A stretch of 64,000 bases of DNA from Monocercomonoides exilis PA203 (GCA_001643675.2 LSRY02000041.1:434001-498000); one strand, 5' to 3'; shown: positions 38,692 to 52,363, numbered from the stretch's first letter. The notes: generated by a model from the letters alone, not told the origin. Numbers and translations: made by a program.

Positions 38692-39095
38692 ACGGAAATT
38701 ATTTCAAAAGCAAAAGAAATATATATATATATATATAAGGATTCATTTGACATGTTTTTGAAAATTGTCGTATGATCAATATATCCCATTAAAATTAGTT
38801 ATTTTAAACAAATCAAATCATTCTTTTGTTCCATTCAAAGAAAAGGCGTAAAAGCTCAATGGAATGAATGAACATTGGTATGATCATCGATAATTTTTGA
38901 TTGTGTTGTTTCAAAACATATCTTTCAACTTTTTTTTGTTCAACAAAATTAATGATAGTTGAGTTGTCTTCAATTTGTTATTTCATCGTGAAAGCACGGA
39001 AATTGAACACCACATGATAATTTTGCTGTGTGAAGTTGTTGATCTTTTTGAATTTTTATTCATTGAAATCTCCATTTTTATTTTTTTTTTTGCAG

Positions 39096-40399
39096 AAATG
39101 CTTTTTGAACTGGAAGATTTCGATGATGAAGATCATAAAAAGAAAACTTAAGAAATTAATGAAATAATTGTGAAATAATTAGAAAGAATTAGTATAAATT
39201 TATTCTATCGATCTGTTCTACAATTTGAATTGAATTATAGAAGAAGAGAAATTTTCATTGAGAAATTCAACTTGGCTGGTAAAGCCAAAGGGATTTTGCA
39301 GAATGTTGAAAAAGTTATGGAATGAATGAAATGATTTTTTTATAACGAAAGCAAAATTTGAGGACATGATCATTGGTGAAGACAAAAAAAGAAAGAAAAG
39401 AATGAAAAGTGGCTTGCTGATCTGTGCGAATGCTGTCTTTTGCTTCACAACAGGCTGAATTCGAAATTGATATCAATAAGTGTGCCTTTCTTTCTTAAAG
39501 CTTCCTTAAAGAAAGCGGAAAGTGAAAAAACAAAAAAAGAAGTGAAAATGGTATTGTTTTCATTGGACATCTTTGAATATCAATTTTGAAATATTTTTGA
39601 TAAATTTCTTTTATAGACTGACTTTTATTTCTTTTTTTCATTAGAAAATGTCATAGGAACTCTTTTTGAATGAATTCAAAGAGATAATCCAACATTTAAA
39701 TGAACTCATCAATTTGACAAGACTAATACATCATTCTGCTAGGAGTTTTACGATGAACTGATTTAATATAACATACGGCTTGGAAAAAGGCATCGTGAAC
39801 GAGCTGCATTTTGCGAGAGAATCGGAAAGAGAATTGGATGAGCTGAATAGAAATCTAGAAGGAAAGAGAGAGATTGAAGAGGAAAGAAACGAAAAACTGA
39901 GGAGGAAATTTTTTTGAAGAGATGGAAAAATATGTTGCTTTTGCACTTGATCCGTTGCAATTCGTGGAAAGAATTGTTTGTTAGGCATTTTGGTTTTATT
40001 TCAAATGTGTTCCGAGCATCGAGGGATAACCACAAAGATTTCAAAGAGAATTGCTTTTATGCATATTTTTAACAAAAAACATACAAAAGAGCTGTGAAGG
40101 TTGTTGAATTGCTGGAAAGTGAGTCCGTCGATATTATTAAGGAGGAGATTCAACAACCAATATTGAAAAATGGGCTGATATTTCGAAGCTTGAAATTCCT
40201 TATAAATTCTTCAAGACAATAGAAGGAAGAGGGGAAAGATGAAATAGAAGTTTAGAAAAAAGAGTTGAAAAGGAAAGTGATTGAAAAAAATGGTGTTGGA
40301 AGGATTCGATCATTCTTTCACAAGGTTTCATAAAACTTCGTTTTAGACAATTTCTTTTTGATAATTAACTTTCAGATTGTTTCGGAAATTATTCAATGA
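39096..40399 (+). pseudogene. Multigene-family copy F, decayed (hAT cargo)
   Basis: gcag|AA ATG CTT TTT GAA CTG GAA (MLFELE), DLCECCLLL, IVNELHFARESERELDEL, EEIQQP, with many stops. The intron at about 39590-39643 appears retained. Confidence 0.78.
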
Positions 40400-41569
40400 A
40401 TGCTTTTATAAATGAGAAATGTTAAATATTGATTATCAAAAGCTATGTTTTCTCACATTCTTTTTTTTTTTTTTTGATAATCATGTCAAAATTCAATTTA
40501 TGTTTGTGTCTCTTTTTCAAAAAAAAAAGTGATATTTATTTTCCTTCATTTTGTTAATATGAATAATGATATATAAATAATAAATAAATAAAAAGTTTTT
40601 TAACATTTTCCTCATTTATAAGCTCGAAGTCTTTCATCTATCATCTTTTTTGTAAATCACTTTCATGAAAAAACAAATGATCGTTTATTAATCCATCGTT
40701 TAATACAGTGTCTTTCATGATCCTTTCAGTGACCTGGCGTTCATCAAGTTTCCTCACTTGTTTGTCAAAATTAACTATGATTACAGTTCTCGTTATTAAT
40801 AAAATAAAAATTGTGCGAGAAAAAACAGAGCAAGAGAAATATATGTTGAAATCAATTTAGAACGTTTTTTTTGACTTTTGGCAAGTCAATTATCTAAATG
40901 AAACAACAGATAACTTTATTGAATTTTTCATCATTCTTTTCTTTTTTATTTTTCTCTTTCTTCACTTCAAACAATTCAACTACAAAAATCTCTTTTCATT
41001 TCAATTTTTTTAACTCCGCTCGGAGTCCACCTTTTTCCCTCCTTTCTTTTTTCAATGAGAATTCATTTCTTGAACGCACTCAGCAAATGAAAAGAAATGA
41101 TCATCATGTGGACAGACTTTCGAAATGAAACAGTTTCCAAAAAAAAATCGCACAACATCCATATCAATGCACTGCAAAGAAGAAATCATACTTATGGATT
41201 CCAAGGACTGAACAAAATACGAAAGAATTTTAATCACGCATTCTTTTTCTCATTTTTTCTTTATTTTTTTTCTTAGGAAGTATCACAATTGCTCATTTTT
41301 TCACTTGTTCAGAGTCGTTTTAAACTTGAAATTTCATCGTCAACCAACAACGGAAAAAGCTAACGTTTTTCTTTTCATTCCATTTTCAAATTTAAGTTTT
41401 GTTCGTCATTCTTTTGTTTCCTGTGGATGATTCAAAATTAAAATTAATTGAAATGTTTCAATCGAAATATTTATTTAGAACAATGAACAAGTGTGATTTT
41501 TAGAAAGGCTTTGTTCGAAGTGAAAACAGAATTGAAATGGAGAAAAAATGATACATAAACTAAAATAAT

Positions 41570-44390
41570 TCAAATGTGAAGGATTGCTTCAAGTGTTTGC
41601 ATGTTAAAAGAATATCTTTGATCTCCGATGATGTTTTTTATTCTGGAAATAACTCGTTCACAGCTGGCTTCACTACAGGGGGAAACAATTAACGAAAGGC
41701 ACAATCCAGAATAAACGGTTTGAATATTTCCATATGCTGCCAGCACTTGGTAATAAGTTTTCTGGGTTATTTTCATATAAATCATCCGGCTTTGATCTCA
41801 TCTGCCTTTCAAACAGCAGCTTGCAACCTTCTGAGTATTCCTTTTCCATGCCTCCCAAAACTTTTTTTGCATATTTCGAAAAATATGCATCAAGCCTTGG
41901 AAACCAATCAACAAATAACGTGTTCTCTATCTGTTTCATGCTTTGTCTTTCTTTTTCTTCATTGAATTCTGTGATAACAGGAAATTTGCCAGTCGAAAAT
42001 AATTCTTCAATATCAAAATCTATTTCTTCATCTAATTCTGACTGATGTCCATCAAAAGAACAATGATAGTGACAGTGAATGTCATCTTCCAAACATATTG
42101 TTTCATCCATCTGATTATCTTCAAGGACTCTATCAACATCCGTCTGTTCCTCTTGAGTTTTATTCATTGTTTCCTGTGAAAAAACACTTGCCGAAGAATA
42201 ACAATTAAGATTTACAAATGAAGGTGTTGAAGAGTTGGAATTGCTTGAAGTTGAAGAAACGACAGACGTTGTGAATATTTAATTATCTTTCCCGATTTGA
42301 GTTTGACTTGGGTTTTTTTGTTCAAATAAAAAATCGTACATATCGTCAACTGAATTTTCCTCCGCTTCTAATAATCCAAATTCGTCGCTTTCATCATCCT
42401 CTTCTCCAACGACAAGTTTCTTTTCGTTTCTCTTCCCATACGTTTCTTGATCAGTTTCTTCTAGTTGCTGTATCAACAAAAGAATGCCATTCAATTCATT
42501 TTTTTCTTCAAGAGACATATAAATGTGCATAAGCATTAAATGCAGCAAATAAATTAATTTCAATAGTTTCAAACCTGATTGACTTTTTGATTTATCTTGA
42601 AATGCAGCTTGGGACTGGGGTTCATAATCCATTTTATGTTTCAAAAAATGTGCAATCAATATCAAAAACAAAAGTTAAAGAAATTTAAATAAAAAATAAA
42701 AAAAACTCATTTGCAATTAAGTCAACAGGATAAGGCAAAGGATGAAATAATGATGAAGCTATGTGTATGAAGTCTGAAGATTTTGTTGAGGAGGATTGAC
42801 AAGAGGTTTCAGCTTCATTCACAAAGAAAGATGGTGTTGAAAAGTTTCTGAGAGGAAAGCATTGTTTTCGAACCAACTGAATGCCAATTGGGGTCAGAGC
42901 ATACGAAAGCGCTATATATTCACCGCGCGTTCCCACAAAAAAATAATTATGCATCAATATAAGCGAGTTCGCAATAGAGTTTCTCCATTTTTCTTCTTTG
43001 AACTGAACCAGCTTCAAAATATAGAAAAAAAACTCAAAAGATCTTTATAAAATTGGGAAAACTTGACTTAACTTGATACTATCATTTTCGAATCTCATAT
43101 GAAGCAAATGAAAAGGGAATAAGAACACTTCTGCTTTGATGATATCCACAAGGATATCCGTGTCTAATAAATTTTCCTTTTGAATGATTTGATTCTTTTT
43201 CCTGATGAACGAAGCTATTTCGTACAATGAATTCCATCTTGTTGAGACAAAAGTCGGTGCACGCTTCTTCAGAAGGTTTTTCAATGGCAGAGTATGGGCT
43301 TTTTGAGAAAAATTTAGCATTTTTAATTTGAGATCACAAAGAAATGGAACTTTTGTGAATAAATTTGTGATAACCAAATTTGTCAAGTGATTGCAGCAGT
43401 AAATATGAAAAGGAATAAATCTCTGATGCTTTTCTTCAACTGAATCTGCATTGCTTTCCTGACTTTTGAAATTCTCTATTGCTCTGATTTGAGAAGAAAA
43501 CCCATCTGTACAAAAACTTCTCACAATTGTGTTATATTGACTGAATTCATAAATTAGATTGTTAACAAGGATATTGAACTCTTTGGTAGTTCCGCATGGT
43601 GGATATAATCCCCAAAATAATGGTTTGCTGTCAAATGACAATTTTGATACTGTAACAACAATGATCTTTCGATTCGCCACTGATGCTCCATCCAACATAA
43701 TGCTCACTCCATTGTTTCTAATTGTTGACTCCTTATCCTTCACCACTCTGGATTTTTCTTTGAGAACCATGTGGGCGATTTTTTTGCGTGTTAAATATGG
43801 GAAAATTAATGTTGATGATAGCGAAGGGTTACTTTGTCCAGCTTTGATCAACGAAAAAATAAACGAATTCATTTCTTTTGATGATGATGCCAAAAACGAA
43901 GAATTGCATCGGCAAATCAAGGAAATGAATTGCTTTTGTAATTCTGAAACACTTGTTGAGCCATCTGACATTGAAAGAGACATTTGATCTTTGCAAATTG
44001 ATATGGGATCGTATGCTTTTTTGAATAGAACAATATTTTTGTGTTTCAATAGTTCACATTTATGATTAACAACCACAGAATGACTTCTTCGACCTGATAC
44101 ACCGCAGGGAAATCCTTCTTTCGAAATAGGGCACAAGTAATACTTATGGCAATCTTTTTTTGGTGTTCCATTTTCATCAACGAGAGTGTGAGATATCCAT
44201 AATGATTCTCCGATAACTTCAAATGAAATTCGAGAAAGAAATTCATTTTTTTTCGAGGATGATCATACACTTTTCACAAAGAAAAACAATAAGAAATTAA
44301 AAAATAAAAAAATCGAAAAAAAGTTCATAAACCTGGTCCGTATTTCGTTTCGCACTGTTTTTGTAATTTCACAAATTGACATCCTGTGTC
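41570..44390 (-). pseudogene. hAT-family transposase, disrupted
   Basis: Cys/His (BED-like) N-terminus YYLCPI..CG..H....NHKC, SIMLDG (D1), FCTDG (D2), HIYCCNHLTNL (CxxH), STRWNSLYE, and C-terminal SPCSEASCERVISR (dimerisation domain with catalytic E). In-frame TAA at 43045-43047 and downstream frameshifts. Confidence 0.9.
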
Positions 44391-47300
44391 ATGCATTTTC
44401 TTTTTTGTCTTTTCGTAAATATCTTTCTGACATATAAAATGTTAACCCTATTGTGAGAATTGTTGTGAGATTTGAGCAAACAATTAAAACGTTACTTAAA
44501 CATTCTTGTAATTCCTTCGGTAAGTTTTCATTTTCCAGGTCTTCTTCCAACTTTAACATTTTGAGTAACCTGACGTGACGTCACTGACGTCAAAGAAGTT
44601 TCAAAATTCCGATTTTGACCATTTCGTCAGTGAAAATCATGTTATGGTATTAATGATTTGAGAAAATAATGATATTCAAAAAAAAAAAATTGAACAAGTT
44701 AATAAAAAAATGGATTCTTTATTTTTAATGATTTTTGTTTCAAAATCAAAATTAAATTTCACAAAAATTTTTGACTGACGTGAAAACATTTGTCACGTCA
44801 GTCAGGAATCGAAAGGTTTACGTCAAAAGTCAGTACGTCACCCAGGCTTCCTTGTATTTTAAAAAAAAAACAATTATTTGTGGCAAACTTTTTCTTCATA
44901 AAAGCATTAAAAAATCTTTGATTTTCTGCAAAAAGATAAGCAAAATTAACAAATTGAGAAAAATAAAAGAAAATGATGTATGAATAAAATTTATTAAGCA
45001 TGTAATTTTGTCCCATTTGTGATTTTTCAAAAAGAAAGACACATATGAGTGATTATTATTGAAATCATAACTTTTTCCGGCATATAGATTTTTTCAAAGG
45101 TTGTTTGTCTATGGGAAGAGATATAGTGTTCAAATGCAAAAATTTATCAGAACTATTTCAAAAACAAATGTTTAATCAGAAATAAAAATGAAAAAGATTG
45201 TTATAGACTTTTTCATTTTTCAGCGTTATTTTTTGATTTTCAAATATTATTTTCAACCGAAAATTTTGATTGAAGTGTTATGATTCTAAAAATTATCATC
45301 CAAATTTTTATTTTTATTTAATGTTCTGCTTTTGCAACTTTTTTAAAAGACAAACACATATGACACAACAATAACTGACTGAGACCTTTATTTTGGAAAG
45401 CCTGCAACAAAATGGCACTTTTCAAGTGTAACATGTCCCTGACATGAAAAATCTCTTAAACAATTGTTGAAACTCAAAAGAATTGAAAATAATAATTTTT
45501 ATATGCTTGAAATATGAAAAATTTGCCTTTTCCAAAGCTGTGATTGAACTTTTACATAATTTTTCATGTCTCAGTTTTTTTCGATATAATACACCTAAAA
45601 TAATTCTATTTCGAAACGAAAATTTTTTGATTTGTCGAATTATAAACTTCCGTTTTGGTGCAAAATACAATTGATTTTTATATCGTGAGCACACTTTGTT
45701 CTTAAATATTGAAAAAATGATGCATTTCTTTTAAAATAATTTCATTCATTTTGAATTCATATTTCTTTAATATGGGTGATTTTTTTTGATATCATAAAAA
45801 ATTCCGACGTTTGATCAAAAATTAATTTCATTAAGGGTTGCTTTAAAAAGAAAAATAAAAGTGATGATCATACAAATATATTGCTTTATATATAGTTGTT
45901 GTTGTTTATAAATTAATTTTTATTTGTTTCTAATTGTTTTTGCTTCAAAATTTGAAGAATATTTATTAAGCAAATCCAAAAAATAACAAAACTTTAATAA
46001 ACAGAATTTAACTTGAAATTAAATGCAAATAAAATATGAATGCAACAATTTAGATAAAGAATTCAATAAATTTCTTTTTAAAAATTTGCAGAAAAATGTT
46101 ATTGAAAATTAAAAAAGAATTGATTAGTCGAAATCAACAAATAATAGAAAAAATCAATCAATTTTTGACAATAAATAATTTTCATAGTTGATTCACCCAC
46201 TTTCGCTTCTCTTTCAACTGTTTCGTTATCTTTCTATTCTGAATAATGTAAAATTTATGTATTTTACTCATTTCCACACTCATCATTGAAAAATGTCCTT
46301 GTTTTTGCGTCTGAAAATATCATCTCCAATTCCCTTCCCAATCCCTTCATCCTGGGCACTTTCCATATGAATTCGCTCTCCCAACTCCATAGTCACCCTG
46401 CACAACGAGATATCCCGCTTTTATTCATTTTCATTCTTTTCCACCTCCCGCCCTGAAAACAAAACAAAAACAATCAACAGATAAATATTCAAATAAAGAA
46501 AAATAAATTAATACCAAACTGCACTTCGACTGTGTTTTGCCAAATAGCCTCATTTCCACAGCCATCATCATTCCAAAAATAAATCAATCTCTTCATTTCA
46601 GTCTCAGAATGGTCAAATTGCAGCAAAGAATGCATCTCCACAAAATACATTGTATATCTCACTGGAGGGTCTTCTCAGCCCGTACACATTGTGGTGGATG
46701 TCCCGATGTGTTTTTTCTGTTTTTGGCATGATCAACCCCTTAAAAAATGTTTTCAACCACCCAAAACAGTATTTGATGTTTATTTCATCAACACCAGGCA
46801 CAGGAGATATATGGAGCAGAGAAGAGATGGAAGAAGATTATTTGTGGCAGGGGGTGGAAGTGGAGTATTTTTTTGAATGTTAATACTTCGAGAGGGGTTT
46901 TTGAATGAAAGAAATTCTGACAAAGGGATGGAGAAGAGTAAGCGGAGATTTGGAGAAGAAAATGTTGAAAACATATAGAAAAGTGATTGAGGATGGTGAG
47001 GAAGATATTTGAGACAAATTGGAGAAATGGATTTTGAAAAGAAGTAAAAGAGGGTTAAAGCGGGAAAGAATAAGAATATTCTGAAGTGTTTGATTGGAAG
47101 AGGGATATTTTTTGAGAGGAGAAGATATTTTGGAAGAGACAGGGAAAGATGAAGAAAAGGAGGGGATTGATATTTTCTGATGATTTTGAGAGTTGAATCT
47201 AAGAGGGAAATGGAAAAGAAATTGAGAGCAATTATCATTTTCTATTTTTGAAGAGAAAGGAGAAGAAATTGCAAAAGAAAATTAATTTATTTAAAGAAAT

Positions 47301-47490
47301 ACTGCCACATTAATTTGCATCAGTCTCTCTTGCGTAATATTAGTGAAAGCGAATTACTGCTCAAACAGAAATCAACTTATCGAAAAAAAAATATTTTGAT
47401 TAACTGACAACACATAAAACACAACACCACTCTTCCTCGGAAATAATTTAAAATTTGCTGTGGATTTCCCGATAACCATTAATATTCATT

Positions 47491-47642
47491 TTCTTCACCT
47501 TCTTCACCTTCTTCACCTTCTTCACCTTCTTCACCTTCTTCACCTTCTTCACCTTCTTCACCTTCTTCACCTTCTTCACCTTCTTCACCTTCTTCACCTT
47601 CTTCACCTTCTTCACCTTCTTCACCTTCTTCACCTTCTTCAC
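47491..47642. repeat. 9-bp tandem repeat (CTTCTTCAC)n, about 17 units
   Basis: Direct reading. Confidence 0.95.
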
Positions 47643-48468
47643 CTTCTTCTTCTGTTATATTTCCTTTTTCTTCGTATCAGAACGGACCATCGACCTTCAG
47701 ATGCTTGTGAGATGTTCAATCAGCAGCTTGATTACACCTTCTTAAAATTATTTCATTCAATTTTCCCACTCCAAACAGCATCATCATCAATGTCAATGCA
47801 TTTCGTAACTTCGCTGGATGGGTATTTGAACTGCTTTCTTCTTCCGCAGAGGCGCATTCTGCTCTGCTTCAGCACTTCGTACGGCTTCCGCGCTCCAGCT
47901 GTGCTGAACAGGGTGAATGAGGCGAATGGGCATCGAATGAGAAATGGCAGTGGAAGAGGGAAGGAGTTTCAAGGCGCATTGCGTTCATCCGCTTGCTTTA
48001 TAATACCACCAAGAAGCAAAGAGAGGGGAGTTCGAGATCAAATGGATGAGGCAAAGAAGGTGGATTTCAGAAGCTTGCTATACGAGGAGCAGAGGAAAGG
48101 GAATCAGTAGAAAGAGCCAAAGGCAAAGGAGAAAAACGAGTTTTACACATCGCAAGTTGACACTTTCGACACAACGCTTGCTCAGGCACAACGGAAAGAA
48201 GGTAGAGAGAAGAGTGAAGGTGATGATGAAGACGAACATTAGCAGACATTTCATCCGCTCGATGGTTCACTCTCATCCACAAAGCTGCACACTCCACACG
48301 TCACAGCCTCCACAGCATTAATTGCTCCTCCTTTTTCTCCCTTGCTACACACACAATTGTCTGCTCCTTCTGTTCTTGTTTGGACTCCGCCGAAGTCCCT
48401 CACGCGATCGTCTCTTACCACCTACTCCTTTTCACTCACACAGAAGTCTCTCTGCACATTGGACATGC

Positions 48469-48597
48469 CTTCTTCTTCTTCTTCTTCTTCTTCTTCATCT
48501 TTATCTTTATCTTCATCTTTATCTTTATCTTTATCTTTATCTTCATCTTCATCTTCATCTTTATCTTTATCTTTATCTTCGTCTTCGTCTTCGTCTT
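48469..48597. repeat. Compound (TCT)n / (TCTTTA, TCTTCA, TCTTCG)n microsatellite, Ser-coding in one frame
   Basis: Direct reading. Confidence 0.9.
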
Positions 48598-51500
48598 CCC
48601 TCCTCCCCTCAAGTTGAAAATCATTTTGCACATCTTTCAATTTTCTTTGAAGTGAATTCTTTGAATGATATATCAACGAAATATTCTTCTTATATTTTCT
48701 GAAAAAAAAAATAATCATTCTTTCAGGATCACCATTCTCATGAGTTCGTTCCACAACTCGACAAAGATAGGTGTATCACATGGAAGTGATATGAAGCGTG
48801 TCAAACTGAAGGATGAAGTTCAAAGACACAAAAAAATAAAGAAGCAGAAGTTGAGGAGGAGAAGATGAAGAAGTTGAAGAAAAGGAGAGTATAACGAAAG
48901 AGATCAAAAGGAAGAAGAAAAAATAGTATTCATATCCAGCTTCTCATCTCACTAAAGGTTATCCATCCATTTCATCTCAGTTGCCTTCACTCGTCTCCTC
49001 ACCTTCGCGGCTCACTCCAAAAATTGCCTCAGCATTATTACTATGCCACATCGACCCACCATCACATGCGTCGCCCGCAGCCATAAGAACACATGCAGCT
49101 CCTGGCTCAAAAAGGAGGCGGGACAGCACAGATACAGCTCAACACAATCCAGCGAGTATAGTTGAGCAGCCATATCGTAGTCACCAAACCCAATTCTCAA
49201 TCTCAAATGCAGCTTTCTGCTTTCAGAATTGTATTTGAAAGAGCGTAAATTCAATTCCTCAGCACTTTGAACCTTCTCATTCATTCCCTTCCTCTTCTTC
49301 TTCTCCAAAACCGCAACTTATGTCATAATCTGAATTCTTTCTGATTGTCGGTGCCAACGTAACAACCAATCGAACAGAACTTGTCGACAACTCAGGAGGA
49401 GTAGAGAAGAACTGCCTATACTGCTTTGAGAACGAACATGGGCCGGAGCAGTTGAAAGGGAAGCGAAATGATAAAGTATTCAGTACATGTCAAACTCCAC
49501 AAGGGAGTGAAGAACAGAACATGCAATTGTTAAACTGCTTTTGATGTGCTGAGAGCCGAAGGAAATGAAAGACAAGATGGAAGGTTTGGAAGAAGAGCTG
49601 AAGGATATCAGTTGTCATCATCAAAGTGAGTGGCTTGTGAAGCAAAAAAAATTGTTGCCATAGGGAGAAATGAGAGAGATGATGGAGAGAGAGTCAAATG
49701 AAGTGGAATCTAAAACAAAAGAAAAAGATAAGCAAGAGAAAGAAAAAGAAGGTGATGAAAATGGGAAAAAATAGCATTTACGAAAAAAGAATGAGGGTTG
49801 TGTCAAATTCAATGTTGATTTCGACTCATGAGCTGCAAGAGCAGGAACTTTGGAAGAGCTCGCAGTTTGTGAAAGAAGAATAAGACGAGTTTGTTAAAAA
49901 TGAGAAAGAAGAGGAAGGATTTTCAAGAAGGGGAGAGGAAGCCGCATTTGCAAAATTTGAACTAGTTGAAACAGAATTTGCGACGAGAAACGCAATTAAC
50001 TCAAAGACTGAAAGATTGAAAGAAAACAAAAGAAAAAACAGAAAACCAGATGATGCAAGGAAAGAAGCAAGTATTTTTTAAGGAAGAGAGTTAGCGGGGG
50101 TGTTAATAGAAGTTAGGCGAGTGGACGAGCTTGCGAAGATTCAGAAAAGTGGAAGGAATCCGAGCTTTTGATGAGAGATTATTTGCCTGCTTGTAGTGAT
50201 GTTATAACAGTGCATGAAGAGGAGAAAAGCATAGATGATATCTGAAAGCGCAAAAAACAACGAATTCATTGAACGACGAGTAGATGCGGTAAATGGGAAG
50301 GAAGAAAAACAGAGAGCAGAAGTCGAGCCAGTGCTCGTTCTGAAGATGCAAAGGAACTTGGTTATGATTCTGGAGGAAAAGATGAAGAAAGCAGAAGTGA
50401 TTTGGGAGAAGTGAGAAGAAGTCTTGAAAGACAGAGGAATTGAGGTGGAAGAGCAAAGGACTTTGTATAAATCAGCGGTCTTAACTTCTTCAGCCGTTGA
50501 AAAGATCTCCCTTTTCGTCAACTTTGAATTGGAGATGGGTTTTTTGTGAAATCATATGCAAAACGCTATGTATGCCAATATTCGCAGTATTCTCGCTCTT
50601 TTCAAACCCATTCTGACAAAATTTACTCAGCATCCAGAAAAATATCTGATGAAAGCTGATATTCTTTTTTATTCAAACAATTAACCGAATATGCACTTCC
50701 TCCTTGACCAAACGCTTTCTTCATTGATTTTCTTATTTTGCTCTTCTTTGACAATGTCCCCTCAATTCTGGGTCCAATTATCACCATTCCAACTCCCATG
50801 CTCTCTCAAATCATTCCTTTCTCTTCTTCTTTCTCAACATCCTTCACACTTCTTCCTTCATCTTTGACCATCAAGAGCGCCAATACACCGATAAATCGGC
50901 ACAAGCAATTTTTTCCACCTAATGTACTGCACCTTCTTTTTAAGCCCAATAGCTTTGTGCGCACTCTCGCATTTCTCATTTTGCAATTCACAAAACAATT
51001 ATTCTATGCAATGAACATATTCCATACCTCATATCAGCAAAGAATCCATCCAGAAATATAAACTACCCAGCATTTCAATTGCTGAATGCTTCTGTTCTTT
51101 CGTTCACAACAATAGAATTATTCTTTTGAGTGATGCTTCTCATGAGGAGAACAATGACTCTTTCTCAGAAGCGATACGAGACTCGAGCGCAAAACACATA
51201 TCTCTTCTGCGTCTTCCTCATTCGTTCACTTTCTCGTTCACACAGAACGGGCTAAACTTTGTGAAAAGAAAAACGTGATTAAAGAGAAGATTTGCAGAAG
51301 CTGTTGGAGTAATCGAGGATCGCAGTGATAAGAATTATGAAAAAGTGCAAAAAGGAGAATCTGACAATATCAGAGTCATATTCGAAAGAAGATTTTGATG
51401 AGGAAGAGTGGAAAGGGAAGGAAGAAGAGCGAAGGATATAGAAGAAAGTTGTTTGATCTATGGATCTGGAAAAGAGAAAGAGATGCTAAGATAAAGTTTG

Positions 51501-52363
51501 ATATTGTTTTTAGTGTAATTTGATAATCTTCAATTTCGTTTAACGTTTGATGAAGCCGTTGAGCTATATGGTTGTTTTGAAAACTTGGTGACTTCATTTC
51601 AAATGAAGAAAAAGAAAATTCATTTTTTTTTACAGAATATTTTAATTTTCGAAAAATTTGCAATATTTTCCAGATCTTTCAATATTTTTTTCTTTTATAA
51701 CCTCTGTTTTACATGTTAAGAACTTTTATTTTATCTTTCTGATGAATTTGTTGGATTAACTTTATTAATTTTTGGTTTATTTTTATCAAACTTGATCAAT
51801 AATTTGTTTTTCACTCATAATAATAAAAAAGGTTTGTTTTTTTGCATATAATAATAAAACAAATACATATTACAGAAATAAAAGCTTAATACTTGTAAAA
51901 AAATCAATTTTACTCTTTGATCAATAAATACCACTATTGATTTTATTTTTTCGATTTTTGATCTTTTTTTATGATGTCAAAAAAAATCACCCATATAATT
52001 TTTTAAAAAAAAATATAAATTCATTTCAGTATAAAAAATTAATGTTTTTCAATTTTTTCTCCAAATAAACTTGAATAATATAATTGACAAATAAATTCTT
52101 GTTTTTTGTTATTCAAAATATTGTGACTGATTATTCACAATTTTTTATTGGGAATTATAGAGAATGCATTTTTTTACAAAATATTTTTATCTTTTGAGTG
52201 ATGATTTTCGAAAATGAAAAAAAAATTAATAAATTGATTTATTGATTGTTTCATTTTCAGGAAACAGTTTTCTTCGAGAAATAATATTTGATAGGTTAAA
52301 AAATAACTTGAACTTTTCTGAAATCCATTCTCGAGAAAAATTAAAAATATCAGTTTTATATAT

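Larger units (their letters stand above)
38568..44850 (-). mobile_element. hAT transposon with a decayed transposase plus an enclosed host multigene-family pseudogene
   Basis: TIR core AGCCTGGGTGACGT (38570-38583 / 44835-44848). 8-bp TSD CTTGTATT (38560-38567, 44851-44858). TGACGT subterminal clusters at 44570-44630 and 44770-44840. Poly(A) at 38628-38689. Confidence 0.88.
45774..51992. mobile_element. 6.2-kb GGG-TIR-bounded element filled with decayed gene fragments; no transposase recognised
   Basis: TIR GGGTGATTTTTTTTGATATCATAAAAAA vs revcomp GGGTGATTTTTTTTGACATCATAAAAAA (1 mismatch in 28). Symmetric flanks TAT|GGG...CCC|ATA. Weaker similarity extends about 100 bp inward. Confidence 0.7.

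Noticed and set aside
47448-47642. KKVKKV / HLLHLL repeat proteins, or a CRISPR/telomere-like array
   Set aside because: Pure 9-bp tandem repeat with no spacers; internal location and not a TTAGGG-type repeat.
50738-51061. Possible tyrosine-recombinase C-terminus (KPNSFVRTLA...FHTSY)
   Set aside because: The HxxR and catalytic H/Y pattern is not actually present; the resemblance is too weak without a profile search.
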